Shown here piece by piece: positions 50,397 through 61,011 of a stretch of DNA of 64,000 nucleotides. The first letter of the stretch is position 1. Each line of letters starts with the position of its first letter. This DNA comes from an uncultured Chloroflexia bacterium (GTDB lineage: Bacteria > Chloroflexota > Limnocylindria > Limnocylindrales > CSP1-4). The stretch spans positions 392,245 through 456,244 of the forward strand of contig CAVZTK010000021.1 of assembly GCA_963778155.1 (NCBI GenBank), read 5' to 3'. The translations under genes were made by a program, and so were the position numbers. The notes beneath the pieces are model-generated. The model saw only the letters and a program-made list of their open reading frames with translations, did not search any database and was not told the origin of the DNA.

Positions 50397-52193
50397 TCAG
50401 CCCTCCGTTGAAGCGTCGGAAGCGTCGAGTGCCGCCGCGAGCGCTCGTTCGAGCGTAGCCAGCCCGGCATCGGGATCGGCCCCGAGGTGGATGCGCACGA
50501 TCGGCAGGTCATGCGCCTCGAGCGCTGCGAAGTCGCCCGCGGCCTGGGCGTCGATGAGCTGGCCGAAGGTGTACGGCCAGCCCGGGATGTCGAGGTCGTC
50601 CGGGTGGTCCGCGGTCAGCTGGATGAACCAGCCGATGGGCGCGCCGCCCTTGTGCAGCTGCCCGGTGGAATGCAGGAAGCGTGGCCCGTAGCCGGCGGTC
50701 GTCGCCCGCTTGGTCCTGTCGCGCAGGAGGGCCCGGATCCGGCTCATCGCCTCGTCGCGCTCGGGCGTCGGAGCGATGAATGCCTGGAGGCAGAGGTAGG
50801 CGGTCGGCCGGCGGCGGTCGAGGTGCCGGGCGAGCTCCCCGACGAAGCCGCCATCACCCGTCGTCAGGCGGAGGGCCGCATCGCCGAAGAGGGCCAGGCC
50901 GTCCTCGTTCGCGAGCGGGCTCGGCGGTCCAGCCGCGTCCGTCGCCCGTCGTCCGTGCCCGGCCGACTCGAGGAGCTGGCGGGTCAGCTGCTTGGCCTCC
51001 TCGACGTTGGGCTGGTCGAACGGGTCGATCCCGAGCACCGCACCCGCGATCGCGGTCGCGACCTCCCAGCGGAGCGCCTCCGCACCGAGGTCGATCGGAT
51101 CGGCGATGTCGATCCGGATGACCGGATGACCGGCCGCCTCGAGCGCCGATGCCAGGGCGTCGCGGCCGCTGTCGGTGCCACCCGCGAGCGAGAGCCGGAC
51201 GAACGCGCGGTCCGAGCCGTAGGCCTCGACCGCCCCGAGGGGCTCGAGGTCGACCGGCACGATCCCGACGCCGTGCTTGCCGGTGCTCTCGGCGAGGAGC
51301 TGCTCGGCCCAGGCGCCGAAGCTCGCGATCTCGTCGTCGGGCAGGAACGTCAGCTTGTCGCGGCCGGCCTTGGCGAGGGTCCCGATCGCCAGCCCGAGCG
51401 ACACGCCCGGGTTGCTCGCCGGATCGGGCTCGTGGCAGGCGCCGAGCATCGCCTGCGCCGACGCCAGCAGGGCGTCGAGGTCGATGCCGATGAGCGAGGC
51501 TGGGACGAGGCCGACATAGGTCAGCGCCGAGTATCGCCCGCCGATGTCGGGCGGGTTGAGGAATTGCTCGCGGAACTCGTCGGTGTGCGGGATGGCATCG
51601 ACGCTCTTGCCCGGGTCGGAGACGACCACGAAGTACTGCCCGGGGCGGCGCTCGTAGCTGTGGTGGGTCACGGCCTTGAGCTCGGCCTCGACCCGCGACC
51701 AGGCATAGGCGAGGAAGGCGTTCGGCTCGGTCGTCGTGCCCGACTTGGAGGCGACGATCATCAGCGTCCGGATCGGGTCGAGATCGTCGAGCGTCGCCCG
51801 GACGTACGCCGGGTCGGTCGAGTCGAGGATCCGGAGTGCGAGGTAACCCTCCTGCGACCCGAACGTCCGGTGGAGGATGTCCGGCGCGAGGCTGCTGCCG
51901 CCCATCCCCGCCACGACGGCCGTGGTGTAGCCCTCGTCCACCACCGCGTCACCGAACCCCTCGAGCCCGGGGATCTCCTCCACGAAGTGCGCCGGCGCGT
52001 CGAGCCAGCCGAGGCGCCCGGCGATGGCCTCGCCGACCCGCGGGTCCGCGGTCCACAGGGACACGTCACGCGCGAACAGGCGGTTGGTCCAATCCTCGGT
52101 CCGCGCCCGTACGACGGCCGACTCGTAGGCGGCCGCGCCGTCGCCGAGGGCCATGCGCGGAGCGGCGAGCGCGATCGAGGTGGGGTCGGTCAT
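50397..52193 (-). CDS. pgi: glucose-6-phosphate isomerase (large actinobacterial type, about 598 aa)
   Basis: MTDPTSIALAAP... with PGI/SIS signature blocks (..VVAGMGGSSLAPD.., ..IVASKSGTTTEP.., ..GGRYSALTYVGLVPA..). The ORF track's extra 93 codons upstream (to 52472) look non-coding. Confidence 0.85.
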   Translation of the reverse strand: MTDPTSIALAAPRMALGDGAAAYESAVVRARTEDWTNRLFARDVSLWTADPRVGEAIAGRLGWLDAPAHFVEEIPGLEGFGDAVVDEGYTTAVVAGMGGSSLAPDILHRTFGSQEGYLALRILDSTDPAYVRATLDDLDPIRTLMIVASKSGTTTEPNAFLAYAWSRVEAELKAVTHHSYERRPGQYFVVVSDPGKSVDAIPHTDEFREQFLNPPDIGGRYSALTYVGLVPASLIGIDLDALLASAQAMLGACHEPDPASNPGVSLGLAIGTLAKAGRDKLTFLPDDEIASFGAWAEQLLAESTGKHGVGIVPVDLEPLGAVEAYGSDRAFVRLSLAGGTDSGRDALASALEAAGHPVIRIDIADPIDLGAEALRWEVATAIAGAVLGIDPFDQPNVEEAKQLTRQLLESAGHGRRATDAAGPPSPLANEDGLALFGDAALRLTTGDGGFVGELARHLDRRRPTAYLCLQAFIAPTPERDEAMSRIRALLRDRTKRATTAGYGPRFLHSTGQLHKGGAPIGWFIQLTADHPDDLDIPGWPYTFGQLIDAQAAGDFAALEAHDLPIVRIHLGADPDAGLATLERALAAALDASDASTEG

Positions 52194-52270
52194 CGTGGCC
52201 TCCGTGGATGGTCGTCCATGGTACGCCGCCAACGATGCCGTGCGAGTGTGGCGTCGATGTGACGCGAGCC

Positions 52271-52735
52271 TCAGTGCTCGGTCGCGGCGGCCTCGATCGC
52301 GAGCACCTTGGCCAGGCGCCGCCGATGGCGCGGCTCGCCACTGAACGTCGCGCCGATGAACGCGACAGCACATTCGTACGCGGGCTCCGGCCCGATGACC
52401 CGCGCCCCGAGGGTCAGGACGTTCATGTCGTCGTGCTCGACTCCCTGGTGCGCGGAGTACGTGTCGTGGCACACCGCGGCCCGGATCCCACGCATCTTGT
52501 TGGCAGCCACGGACGCGCCGACGCCCGAGCCGCAGATCAGGATCCCGCGATCGGCGTCGCCGTCCACGATGGCCTCGCCGAGACGCTGGGCGAAGTCCGG
52601 GTAGTCGTCGGCCGGATCCGAGCCGTCACCGCCGAGGTCGATCAGCTGGTGCCCGCCATCGTCGGCGGCGAGCCGGCGGATCAGGCCGTCCTTCATGGCT
52701 GCGCCGGCGTGATCGGCGGCGAAGGCGATGCGCAT
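52271..52735 (-). CDS. rpiB: ribose-5-phosphate isomerase B
   Basis: [11 protein letters not shown]...[28 protein letters not shown].. Intact. Confidence 0.85.
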   Translation of the reverse strand: MRIAFAADHAGAAMKDGLIRRLAADDGGHQLIDLGGDGSDPADDYPDFAQRLGEAIVDGDADRGILICGSGVGASVAANKMRGIRAAVCHDTYSAHQGVEHDDMNVLTLGARVIGPEPAYECAVAFIGATFSGEPRHRRRLAKVLAIEAAATEH

Positions 52736-52781
52736 GTCCGAAGGATACGGCCCGCGCATGTCGCGGATCGAGTAGGGCGCC

Positions 52782-53990
52782 CTAGCCAGTCAGGGTGATG
52801 CGGCCACTGGCGGTATCGACATGGATCGGCAGCGACCCCAGCGGCTGGTCCGCCGGGCCGGCGATGACGGCGGCCGCGTGGGCGGGATCGAAGGCGGCCC
52901 CGTGGCAGGGACAGATGAGGTATCCGGACGCGCGGTCGTAGCCGACGGTGCATCCGGCGTGCGTGCAGACGGTGTCGTACGCCACGAACCTGCCGTCGCG
53001 CAGCCTGATGACGACGGCGGGGTCGCCGGTGATGGGGTCGTCGAACGAGACTGCCCGACCCGATGCGAGCTGGCTCACGTGGGCGACGACCGGCCCCGAC
53101 GGCGGCGCCGCTGTCACGACCGGGCTCGCGGCGACCGACGCGGCCGGCGTGCCGGCGGCAGGGGTGTCGGCGGCAGGGATGTCGGTGGCAGACGGAGATG
53201 GCACGTCCGTCGGAGCGTCCGTCGAAGCGTCTGCCGGGGCGTCCGTGGCGCCCGGCGAGTCCGGCGATATCGTGCCGCCGACGCCCGGCCGCTGCCGCCC
53301 GAGGACCGACGCTCCCACCGTGCCGGCCAGGCCGGCCACCACCACGGCGGCAAGGCCGAGGAACCCGGCCTTCAAGACGAGCCGGCGCTCGGGTGAGACT
53401 GGCTCGTCGAGCGCACCGCCGTCGAACTCCCGGTCCACCCACGTCTCGATGGTGAAGCGACCGCCGGTGCCCGCGAGGGCCAGGGTCAGCCACCCAAGCG
53501 CGTACGGCAGGTCCGGCCCGTAGTAGTACGGCTTGATCGCCCAGGACGCAGTCAGCCAGAAGAGGACGGACAATGCGAACCCACCGGCGGCCGCCAAACG
53601 GAACAGCAGGCCGGTCAGAGCGCCGAGCCCGACCGCGATCTCGGCGACGGCGATGACCAGCCCGATCGCCACGGGGAATGGCTGCCCGAAGAGCTGGACC
53701 AACGGCGCGAGCGGTGAGACCCGGACGAAGCTGTCGAGCTGGGCACCGATCGAGCCGGGACCGGTCGCCTGGAGGAAAGCGGGATCGAGGATCTTGTCCA
53801 AGCCCGCGTACACGAACGTCGCCCCCAGGAAGGCGCGCAGGGGGAGCATCGCCAGTGTCAGACGATCGAGCTCCCGGGCGGGATCTGGCGGTTCGACGTC
53901 GAACTGTTCGCGCCGGGACAAGCGCGCATGGCGTGAACGGATCGTCGCTTCACGCTGGGCGCGCAGTCTGTCGCGGCGGGACATGGTCAC
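52782..53990 (-). CDS. DoxX-family membrane protein fused to a C-terminal Rieske [2Fe-2S] domain
   Basis: N-terminal four-TM DoxX-like region (..[25 protein letters not shown]..). Then a Pro/Ala/Thr-rich linker and a Rieske domain (..[15 protein letters not shown]...[13 protein letters not shown]..). Confidence 0.75.
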   Translation of the reverse strand: MTMSRRDRLRAQREATIRSRHARLSRREQFDVEPPDPARELDRLTLAMLPLRAFLGATFVYAGLDKILDPAFLQATGPGSIGAQLDSFVRVSPLAPLVQLFGQPFPVAIGLVIAVAEIAVGLGALTGLLFRLAAAGGFALSVLFWLTASWAIKPYYYGPDLPYALGWLTLALAGTGGRFTIETWVDREFDGGALDEPVSPERRLVLKAGFLGLAAVVVAGLAGTVGASVLGRQRPGVGGTISPDSPGATDAPADASTDAPTDVPSPSATDIPAADTPAAGTPAASVAASPVVTAAPPSGPVVAHVSQLASGRAVSFDDPITGDPAVVIRLRDGRFVAYDTVCTHAGCTVGYDRASGYLICPCHGAAFDPAHAAAVIAGPADQPLGSLPIHVDTASGRITLTG

Positions 53991-54105
53991 CTCACGGGCA
54001 TGGGTCTACAAGGAGCGCCCGCCGAGCGTCAGCCCCGTTGCTGAAGACAACCTGAGGGACCGGACGTTTCCCTGGACCGGCGGCCGGGGCCGCGAGGCCG
54101 CCGCG

Positions 54106-56175
54106 TCAATTCTTGTTCGGGTCCATGTGGCCGAAGTGGCCGCCGTCGAGGGTCGGGATCCGGCCGTGCAGGCCGTCACGCACGACGAGCCGGCCGACCT
54201 CGGCCACCCGATCCGTGCTGAAGCCGAACTTCTCGAAGATGGTCGCCGCCGGCGCCGAGGCCCCGAAGTGATCGAGCCCGATGATCGCGCCCTCGTCGCC
54301 GACCCAGCGCTCCCAGCCGAGCGAGACGCCCACCTCCACACTCACCCGCTTGCGGATCGATGGCGGCAGGACCTCGTCACGATAGGCGGCGTCCTGGAGG
54401 TCGAACCGCTCCCAGGAGGGGAGCGACACGACGCGGGTCGGGATGGCTTCGCGCTCGAGGGCCTCGGCGGCGTTCCAGGCCAGCTGGAGCTCGGAGCCGG
54501 TGGCGATCAGGATGAGCGTGGGCGTGCCGCCCGCGGCCTCGCGGAGGATGTACCCGCCGCGCGCGACGCCTTCGCGGGCGAGGCGATCCGTGCCGGGAAG
54601 CGTGGGGAGCTTCTGGCGGGTCAGCGCCAGCGCGACCGGCCCGCCCGTGTGCTCGACCGCGAGCGCCCAGGCCGCGGCCGTCTCGTTCGCGTCGCCGGGC
54701 CGGACGAAGGTCAGGTTCGGGATCGCCCGCAGCGCCGCGTAGTGCTCGACCGGCTGGTGCGTCGGGCCGTCCTCGCCGAGCCCGACCGAATCGTGGGTCC
54801 AGACGTAGGTGACGTGGAGTCCCGACAGCGCGGCCAGCCGCACCGAGCCCCGCATGTAGTCGCTGAAGGTCAGGAACGTGGCGCAGTAGGGGATGAACCC
54901 GCCGTGATAGGCGATCCCATTGGTCGCGCCGCCCATGCCGTGCTCGCGCACCCCGAACCGCAGGTTGCGACCGGGCTCATCGGCGCTGAAGCTCGGCTCG
55001 CCCTTGACGTCGGTCAGGTTCGACTCCGACAGGTCGGCGGCACCGCCGAACAGCTCGGGCAGCCGTGGCGCCAGCGCCTGGATGGCGTCCTGGCTCGCGT
55101 TCCGTGTCGCGATCTCCGTGCCCGTCGCGTAGGTCGTGAGGTCTGCGTCCCAGCCGTCGGGCAGGGCACGGTCGATCCGCCGGCGGAACTCGGCGGCGGC
55201 GGCGGGGTCGGAGTCGGCGTAGCGCTCGAAGTTCGCCTCCCACTCCTCGACCATCGCCTCGCCCGTCGGGATGGCCGTGCGGAAGCGGTCCCGAGCCGCA
55301 TCCGGCACGTAGAACGAGCGGTCCGGGTCCCAGCCGTAGGCCTCCTTGGTCAGGCGGACCTCTTCGACGCCGAGCGGCGCGCCGTGCGCCTTCTGGCTGT
55401 CGTGCTTGTTCGGGCTGCCGAAGCCGATGTGCGTCCGGACCGCGATCAGGCTTGGTCGGCCGTCCATGCGGGCCGCCTCGATCGCCGCCGCGATGGCGGC
55501 CACGTCGTTGCCGTCCTCGACCCGCTGGGCGTGCCAGCCGTAGGCCTCGAACCGCTTCGGCACGTCCTCCGACCAGGCCATCGACGTCGGCCCGTCGAGC
55601 TGGATGCCGTTGTCGTCGTACAGGACGATGAGCTTCCCGAGGCGCAGGTGGCCGGCCAGGCTGGCCGCCTCGGAGGCGATCCCTTCCTGCATGTCGCCGT
55701 CCGAGGCGATGACGTACGTGTGGTGGTCGACGATCGTGCCGGCAGGCCCGTTGAACTCGGCCGCCAGGCGACGCTCGGCGATGGCCATCCCGACGGCGTT
55801 GGCGAAGCCCTGGCCGAGCGGCCCGGTGGTCGCTTCGACGCCTGAGGTCAGCCCGTACTCCGGATGCCCCGGCGTGATGCTGCCCCACTGGCGGAACGAC
55901 TCGAGGTCCTCGAGGCTGACCGCGTAGCCGGTCAGGTGGAGGAGCGAGTAGAGCAGCATGCTGGCGTGGCCCGCGCTCAGGACGAAGCGGTCGCGATCCG
56001 GCCAGTCCGGACGGGTCGGAGCGTGGCGCAGGAAGCGCGTCCACAGGACGTAGGCCATCGGCGCCATGCCCATCGGTGCGCCGGGGTGGCCCGAGTTCGC
56101 CTTCTGGACGCCGTCGATCGAGAGCGTCCGGATGGTGTCGATGGACAGCTGGTCGAGGTCGGTGGCCACGGTCAT
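54106..56175 (-). CDS. tkt: transketolase
   Basis: Intact 690-aa ORF from the second Met ([39 protein letters not shown]...). The ORF track begins 9 codons earlier at 56202. Confidence 0.9.
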   Translation of the reverse strand: MTVATDLDQLSIDTIRTLSIDGVQKANSGHPGAPMGMAPMAYVLWTRFLRHAPTRPDWPDRDRFVLSAGHASMLLYSLLHLTGYAVSLEDLESFRQWGSITPGHPEYGLTSGVEATTGPLGQGFANAVGMAIAERRLAAEFNGPAGTIVDHHTYVIASDGDMQEGIASEAASLAGHLRLGKLIVLYDDNGIQLDGPTSMAWSEDVPKRFEAYGWHAQRVEDGNDVAAIAAAIEAARMDGRPSLIAVRTHIGFGSPNKHDSQKAHGAPLGVEEVRLTKEAYGWDPDRSFYVPDAARDRFRTAIPTGEAMVEEWEANFERYADSDPAAAAEFRRRIDRALPDGWDADLTTYATGTEIATRNASQDAIQALAPRLPELFGGAADLSESNLTDVKGEPSFSADEPGRNLRFGVREHGMGGATNGIAYHGGFIPYCATFLTFSDYMRGSVRLAALSGLHVTYVWTHDSVGLGEDGPTHQPVEHYAALRAIPNLTFVRPGDANETAAAWALAVEHTGGPVALALTRQKLPTLPGTDRLAREGVARGGYILREAAGGTPTLILIATGSELQLAWNAAEALEREAIPTRVVSLPSWERFDLQDAAYRDEVLPPSIRKRVSVEVGVSLGWERWVGDEGAIIGLDHFGASAPAATIFEKFGFSTDRVAEVGRLVVRDGLHGRIPTLDGGHFGHMDPNKN

Positions 56176-56399
56176 CGGGGACTCCCGTCGGATCGATGTC
56201 ATCGCGAGGGCAGGTGCGACCCGGCCATTGTAGGTGGCGGCGCGGGACCGACCGGCGTTGCGGTCCGGCTATCCTCCGAGGATGCCGCCGATCCCTCGAC
56301 CCGGCCGCCCGTCGCGCCCCCGGGTGCCGAGGGTCCCGGGGCCGCGACGACGACGGGGCGGCGCGGCGACTGGCAGCGCGCGGGGACCATCGGCGGCGC

Positions 56400-57310
56400 G
56401 GATCGTCGTCCTCGGCGACCTGATGCTCGACGTCGTCCTGGCACCCGGGCGCGACCTCGAACCCGGCACGGATGTTCCCGGGCGTGTGGGGCTGGTCCAG
56501 GGCGGGTCGGCCGCGAACACGGCTCGCTGGCTCGGCCGGCTCGGGGCGCGGACGACGCTCATCGCCGCGGTCGGTCGCGACGGCGCGGGCCGCGCGCTGG
56601 TCGAGGCGGTCCGGACCGACGGCGTGACCGTCCGCGTCTCGCGCATCGCGGGTGCGAGGACCGGTCGGATCGGCGTGATGGTGGCGCCCGGCGGGGAGCG
56701 CAGCTTCGTGGCGGACCGGGGCGCGGCCGACCTGCTCGACCCCGCCGACCTCCGTGCCGCCTGGTTCGAGGATGCCGACGCGCTGCATCTCCCCGTCTAC
56801 TCGCTCCTCGGTGCTCCGCTCGGGCTGGCCGGCCGACGGGCGATCGAGCTCGCGCGGGCGGCCGATGCGACTGTCAGCGTGGACCTCGCCTCCATCGGTC
56901 CGTTGCTGGAGTCCGGCCGACGCGCGGCCCGCTCGCTGATCGTTGGGATCGCGCCCGACCTCCTGTTCGCCACGGCTTCCGAGGCCCAGGCGCTGATCGG
57001 CAGCCATCGCGTCGACGAGCTGCTCGAGTACGCGCCGACCGCGGTCGTCAAGCGCGGCGCACAGGGCGCCACCGTCCTCTCCCGCCTCGGCAGCGGGCCG
57101 GTGCGATTCGAGGTTGCGACCGAGCGTCTCGAGGCTGCCGATACGACCGGCGCCGGCGATGCCTTCGATGCCGGCTTCCTCGTCGGCTGGTTCGCGGCAC
57201 GAGCGGCGGGCCGATCGCTCCCGGCGTCGCTCCAACGGGCCGCGCTGGCGGGCCATCGAGCCGCGGCGCGGCAGCTGTCGACGCGTCGACCGGAGCTGCC
57301 GCTGGGCTAG
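56400..57310 (+). CDS. PfkB-family carbohydrate kinase (pseudouridine kinase-like, upstream of psuG); start unresolved
   Basis: ..ARIVVLGDLMLDVVL...GGSAANTARWL...ADTTGAGDAFDAGFLVGW.. (ribokinase fold motifs). There is no obvious start codon immediately upstream of the conserved N-terminus, so a start-proximal indel is possible. Confidence 0.7.
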
Positions 57311-57383
57311 GCCGGGCAGCCCGCCGACTTGTCCGCCGCCGGCCCGCGCGCCTCCTCGACCGGCCGCTACGCTACGTCGCACG

Positions 57384-58325
57384 ATGCTCACCGACCGACT
57401 CGACGTCAGCCCCGAGGTCTCGGCCGCCGTCGCGGCCGGCCGGCCGGTCGTCGCCCTCGAGTCGACGCTGATCAGCCACGGGCTGCCGTACCCGCAGAAC
57501 CTCGAGGTCGCTCGCGCGTCGGAAGCCGCCGTCCGGTCCACCGGCTCGATCCCGGCGACCGTCGCCGTCCACGCCGGCCGGCTCCGGGTCGGACTCGACG
57601 ACGAGTCGCTGCTGGCGCTCGCGACGGCCCCCGCCGGCTCAGTGCGCAAGGCCGCCCGGCCGAGCCTGGCCGCCGCGATCGTGGCCGGTGGCTGGGCGGC
57701 GACGACGGTCTCGGCGACGATGATCGCTGCCCGCGCGGCGGGGATCGCGGTCTTCGCCACGGGCGGCATCGGCGGCGTCCATCGCGGCGCGCTCGGCGGA
57801 CCGAACCCGACCTTCGACATCTCGTCGGACCTCGAGGAGCTCGGCCGGACGCCGATGGCCGTCGTGTGTGCAGGCCCGAAGGCCATCCTCGACATCCCGG
57901 CCACGCTTGAGTACCTCGAGACACGGGGAGTGCCGGTCGTCGCGGTCGGGCAGACCGACCTGCCGGGCTTCTACGCGCGTTCGGCCGGTATCGCGGCCCC
58001 GGCCTCCGTGCCGGATCTCGCCGCGGCAGCCGACCTCGCGGCCGTCCAGCTCGGGCTCGGGATCGGCGCCGGTGTGCTCGTGTGCGTGCCGGTCCCCGAG
58101 GCGGAGGCCCTCCCGGATCAGGTCGCCCGGACGGCCGTCGAACGCGCGCTCGCTGATGCTGCCACTGCCGGGATCGCCGGTCCGGCCCTGACGCCATGGC
58201 TTCTCGCCCGGATCGCGGTCCTGACCGACGGCGCCTCGATCCGCGCCAACACCGCGCTCATCGTCAACGACGCCCGGGCGGCCGGCGAGCTGGCCGTCCA
58301 CCTCCGGGGCGTCGCGGCCGCCTGA
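57384..58325 (+). CDS. psuG: pseudouridine-5'-phosphate glycosidase
   Basis: MLTDRLDVSPEVSAAVAAGRPVVALESTLISHGLPYPQNLEVA...ATGGIGGVHRG..DISSDLEEL.. Intact from the ATG at 57384. Confidence 0.85.
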   Translation: MLTDRLDVSPEVSAAVAAGRPVVALESTLISHGLPYPQNLEVARASEAAVRSTGSIPATVAVHAGRLRVGLDDESLLALATAPAGSVRKAARPSLAAAIVAGGWAATTVSATMIAARAAGIAVFATGGIGGVHRGALGGPNPTFDISSDLEELGRTPMAVVCAGPKAILDIPATLEYLETRGVPVVAVGQTDLPGFYARSAGIAAPASVPDLAAAADLAAVQLGLGIGAGVLVCVPVPEAEALPDQVARTAVERALADAATAGIAGPALTPWLLARIAVLTDGASIRANTALIVNDARAAGELAVHLRGVAAA

Positions 58326-58438
58326 TCCGGGCAGTCCGGCGCCGTCCGGAGCCCTTCGGTCGTCTTGCCGCTCGATCGAACGCTCGACTACACTCCGGAA
58401 CGACCCCGCCCAAGCCGCCCGCGAGGAGGCCCGACCGC

Positions 58439-58975
58439 ATGCGGATCTACGAAGGTAGCCCGCGCCAGGATTTCGAAGAGGTCTTCCGCTCGATCGGGGC
58501 GTTCCTCGACCAGCGCGGGATGAAGGACGTCCTCCTCCTCGAGGCACCCGACGGCTTCATCGTCCAGGGTCTCGTCACGTCGGGAGGGAGCACCGGAACC
58601 TGGTCAGAGAGCGTCGGCACCCAGGCCAAGGAGACGCTGACCTTCCTGGACGACGACATCGCCCGGTTCATGGAGGAAGCCGGCTCACGCCGGGGGTCCA
58701 CCGCGACTCACCAGGCCGGGCATTACGAATCCGCGTTCCGGGTCATCGGCCGTTACATGGACGACCAGAAGCCCAGGGACGTGTTCTTCTTCGAGCAGGA
58801 GGGCGCCTTCGTCCTCCGCCTGTTGATGAGCAGCCAGGCGGGTTCCCGCCATGAGCTGGCCGAATTCACCCGCGACGACATCGCGGACATGGTGGCGCGC
58901 GGGCCGGCCCTGCGCCACGCTGAGATGAAGCCCGCCGAGGGCAGCCCATCGCACGGAACTGGAGGTAGGCCATGA
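58439..58975 (+). CDS. hypothetical protein with an internal tandem duplication (178 aa)
   Basis: MRIYEGSPRQDFEEVFRSIGAFLDQRGMKDVLLLEAPDGFIVQGLV... A second copy follows: ...YMDDQKPRDVFFFEQEGAFVLRLLMSS... GC is lower. The stop overlaps the ATG of a 51-codon ORF (ATGA). Confidence 0.5.
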   Translation: MRIYEGSPRQDFEEVFRSIGAFLDQRGMKDVLLLEAPDGFIVQGLVTSGGSTGTWSESVGTQAKETLTFLDDDIARFMEEAGSRRGSTATHQAGHYESAFRVIGRYMDDQKPRDVFFFEQEGAFVLRLLMSSQAGSRHELAEFTRDDIADMVARGPALRHAEMKPAEGSPSHGTGGRP

Positions 58976-59127
58976 AGGCGCTCAAGACAGTCGCTGTCGC
59001 ACTGGGGATCACCCTTGCGGCGCTCATCGTGATCCCGCTCGCGGTCCTGGCCGGATTGTTCGTCTGGCTCAAGGTCACCGAGGAGGATGACGAGGAGCTT
59101 CTCGAGCTCGATCAGGAAGGCGCCTGA
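58972..59127 (+). CDS. small single-TM peptide (51 aa), translationally coupled to the upstream gene
   Basis: GGAGGtaggccATG; MKALKTVAVALGITLAALIVIPLAVLAGLFVWLKVTEEDDEELLELDQEGA*. Too short for the ORF track. Confidence 0.35.
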   Translation: MKALKTVAVALGITLAALIVIPLAVLAGLFVWLKVTEEDDEELLELDQEGA

Positions 59128-59249
59128 TCGACATCGATCCCGCGATCGAGACGCACGAGACGCCCGCCAGACCGGCGGGCGTCGAACTGTCCGGCCGCCC
59201 TCGAGCGACCGCAGCCCCCGTCTCCGATGCCGATCTCCGCGACCGCCGG

Positions 59250-60170
59250 ATGGCCGAGCTCGGCGTCCTGGTCATCATGGTCTTCTGGGCCGGCAACTTC
59301 ATCGTCGTCAAGGGCGCCATCGGCATCCTGCCGCCGATCGGCTTCACGTTCCTCCGCTACCTGCTGGCCTCGCTCACCCTCCTGACACTGCTGCGGGTGC
59401 GCGAGGGCGCCTTCCGGGTCCCGCACGGCGACGTGTTGCGGATCATGGGCCTGGGCGTCATCGGCTTCGGCTGCTACCAGATCCTGTGGCCGGTCGCGCT
59501 CCAGACGATCCCGGCCGGCGACTCCGCCCTGCTCATCGCCGCGACGCCGGTGATCACCGCGCTGCTGGCGATGGCCACCGGCGCCGACGTGCCGAACCCG
59601 GTCAAGCTCGCCGGTGCGTTCGTCTCGTTCGCCGGTGTCGCGCTGGTGATCGCCGCCGGCCAGGGCCTGTCGCTCGGGGCGTCGCTGGTCGGCGACGGGC
59701 TGACGCTCGTGGCCGCGGCCTGCTGGGCCGTCTACACCGTCTTCGGGTCGACCATCCTGCGCCGCCACTCGCCGCTGGTGACCACGACCTGGGCGATCCT
59801 CGCGGGGACGCTGTTCATGGCGCCGCTCGGGATCGGCCAGCTGGTGTCAGCGGGCGCCTCCGGAGGACTCGCCGACCTCGGTCCGCCCGTCCTCCTTGCG
59901 ATCATCTACTCGGGAACGCTGGCCGCCGGTTTCGCCAACGTCGTCGTCTTCCATGGCGTGAAGCTGCTCGGACCGACCCGCGTCAACGCCCTCCAGTTCC
60001 TCGTCCCGGCGCTCGCGGTGGCCATGGCCGCGATCTTCCTCGGCGAGCCCATCCGGCCGATCCAGATCGTCGGTGGAGCGGTCATCCTGGCCGGCGTCGC
60101 GCTCCTGCGTCGCGGCTCACTGCCCGGCGGGCGGCACGTCGTGCGAGTGCTCGGCAGCGTCGGGCGGTGA
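59250..60170 (+). CDS. EamA/DMT-family transporter (10 TMS)
   Basis: Intact 306-aa ORF with two EamA repeats. Confidence 0.8.
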   Translation: MAELGVLVIMVFWAGNFIVVKGAIGILPPIGFTFLRYLLASLTLLTLLRVREGAFRVPHGDVLRIMGLGVIGFGCYQILWPVALQTIPAGDSALLIAATPVITALLAMATGADVPNPVKLAGAFVSFAGVALVIAAGQGLSLGASLVGDGLTLVAAACWAVYTVFGSTILRRHSPLVTTTWAILAGTLFMAPLGIGQLVSAGASGGLADLGPPVLLAIIYSGTLAAGFANVVVFHGVKLLGPTRVNALQFLVPALAVAMAAIFLGEPIRPIQIVGGAVILAGVALLRRGSLPGGRHVVRVLGSVGR

Positions 60171-60186
60171 CGGGGACGGGCGGAGC

Positions 60187-61011
60187 GTGACCGACTCGGA
60201 CGGGGCGGCGCCGCCAATCCCACCCCTCGCGCCCGACGCGCCGCCGCTGGCGATCCTGGTCGACTACGACGGGACGATCGCGATGACCGACGTGTCCGAC
60301 ACGATCATGGCCGAGCACGTTCCCGGCGCCTGGGAGACCGAGGTCGCGGCCTACGACGCGGGCCAGGCGGGTTCGCGCCGCCTGATCGAGCTCGAGATGT
60401 CGATGGTGGACGTCCCGTTGGAGACGCTGCTGGCGACGGCGACCGCGCAGCCGCACGACGCTGGGTTCGTGCCGTTCGTCCGGCTGGCGCAGACCGCCGG
60501 GATCCCGGTCGAGGTCGTATCGGACGGGTTCGGGTTCTTCATCCAGCCCGCGCTCGAGGGGCTCGGGGTGGGGGAGCTGCCGGTCGTCACGGCCCGGACG
60601 ACGTTCTCGGGGCGGCGTGCCGCGGTCACGTTCCCGAATGGGAACCCGGCGTGCTTTGTGTGCGGGACCTGCAAGCGCGATCGCGTCCGCGCCCACCAGG
60701 CCGCCGGTCGCGCCGTCGTGTTCATCGGCGACGGCGAGAGCGATCGCTACGCCGCAGGCTACAGCGACATCGTCTGGGCCAAACGGAGCCTCGTCCGGAT
60801 CTGCCTCGAAGCCGGCTGGCCATTCCACCGCTGGACCGAGTTCCGCGAGATCGAGGCGTGGCTGGCGGAGACGCTGACGGCCTGGGCGGCCGATCCGACG
60901 AGCCTACCCGGACCGCAGCCTCACCCGTTCTTCTGCGGCCCCGAGACGTGGGGCGCGGGGCTCTGGGACCCGCCACCGGGGGCGTGGCCGCCGTCCGCCC
61001 GCGGCCGGTGA
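60187..61011 (+). CDS. HAD-superfamily hydrolase (MtnX/phosphoserine-phosphatase-like)
   Basis: GTG at 60187: VTDSDGAAPP...LAILVDYDGTIAMTDVSD... (motif I DxDGT) ..VFIGDGESD.. (motif IV). Confidence 0.6.
   Translation: MTDSDGAAPPIPPLAPDAPPLAILVDYDGTIAMTDVSDTIMAEHVPGAWETEVAAYDAGQAGSRRLIELEMSMVDVPLETLLATATAQPHDAGFVPFVRLAQTAGIPVEVVSDGFGFFIQPALEGLGVGELPVVTARTTFSGRRAAVTFPNGNPACFVCGTCKRDRVRAHQAAGRAVVFIGDGESDRYAAGYSDIVWAKRSLVRICLEAGWPFHRWTEFREIEAWLAETLTAWAADPTSLPGPQPHPFFCGPETWGAGLWDPPPGAWPPSARGR

Noticed and set aside
53533-55845. 770-aa plus-strand ORF
   Set aside because: Antisense to transketolase and the DoxX-Rieske gene, both of which have unmistakable homology on the minus strand.
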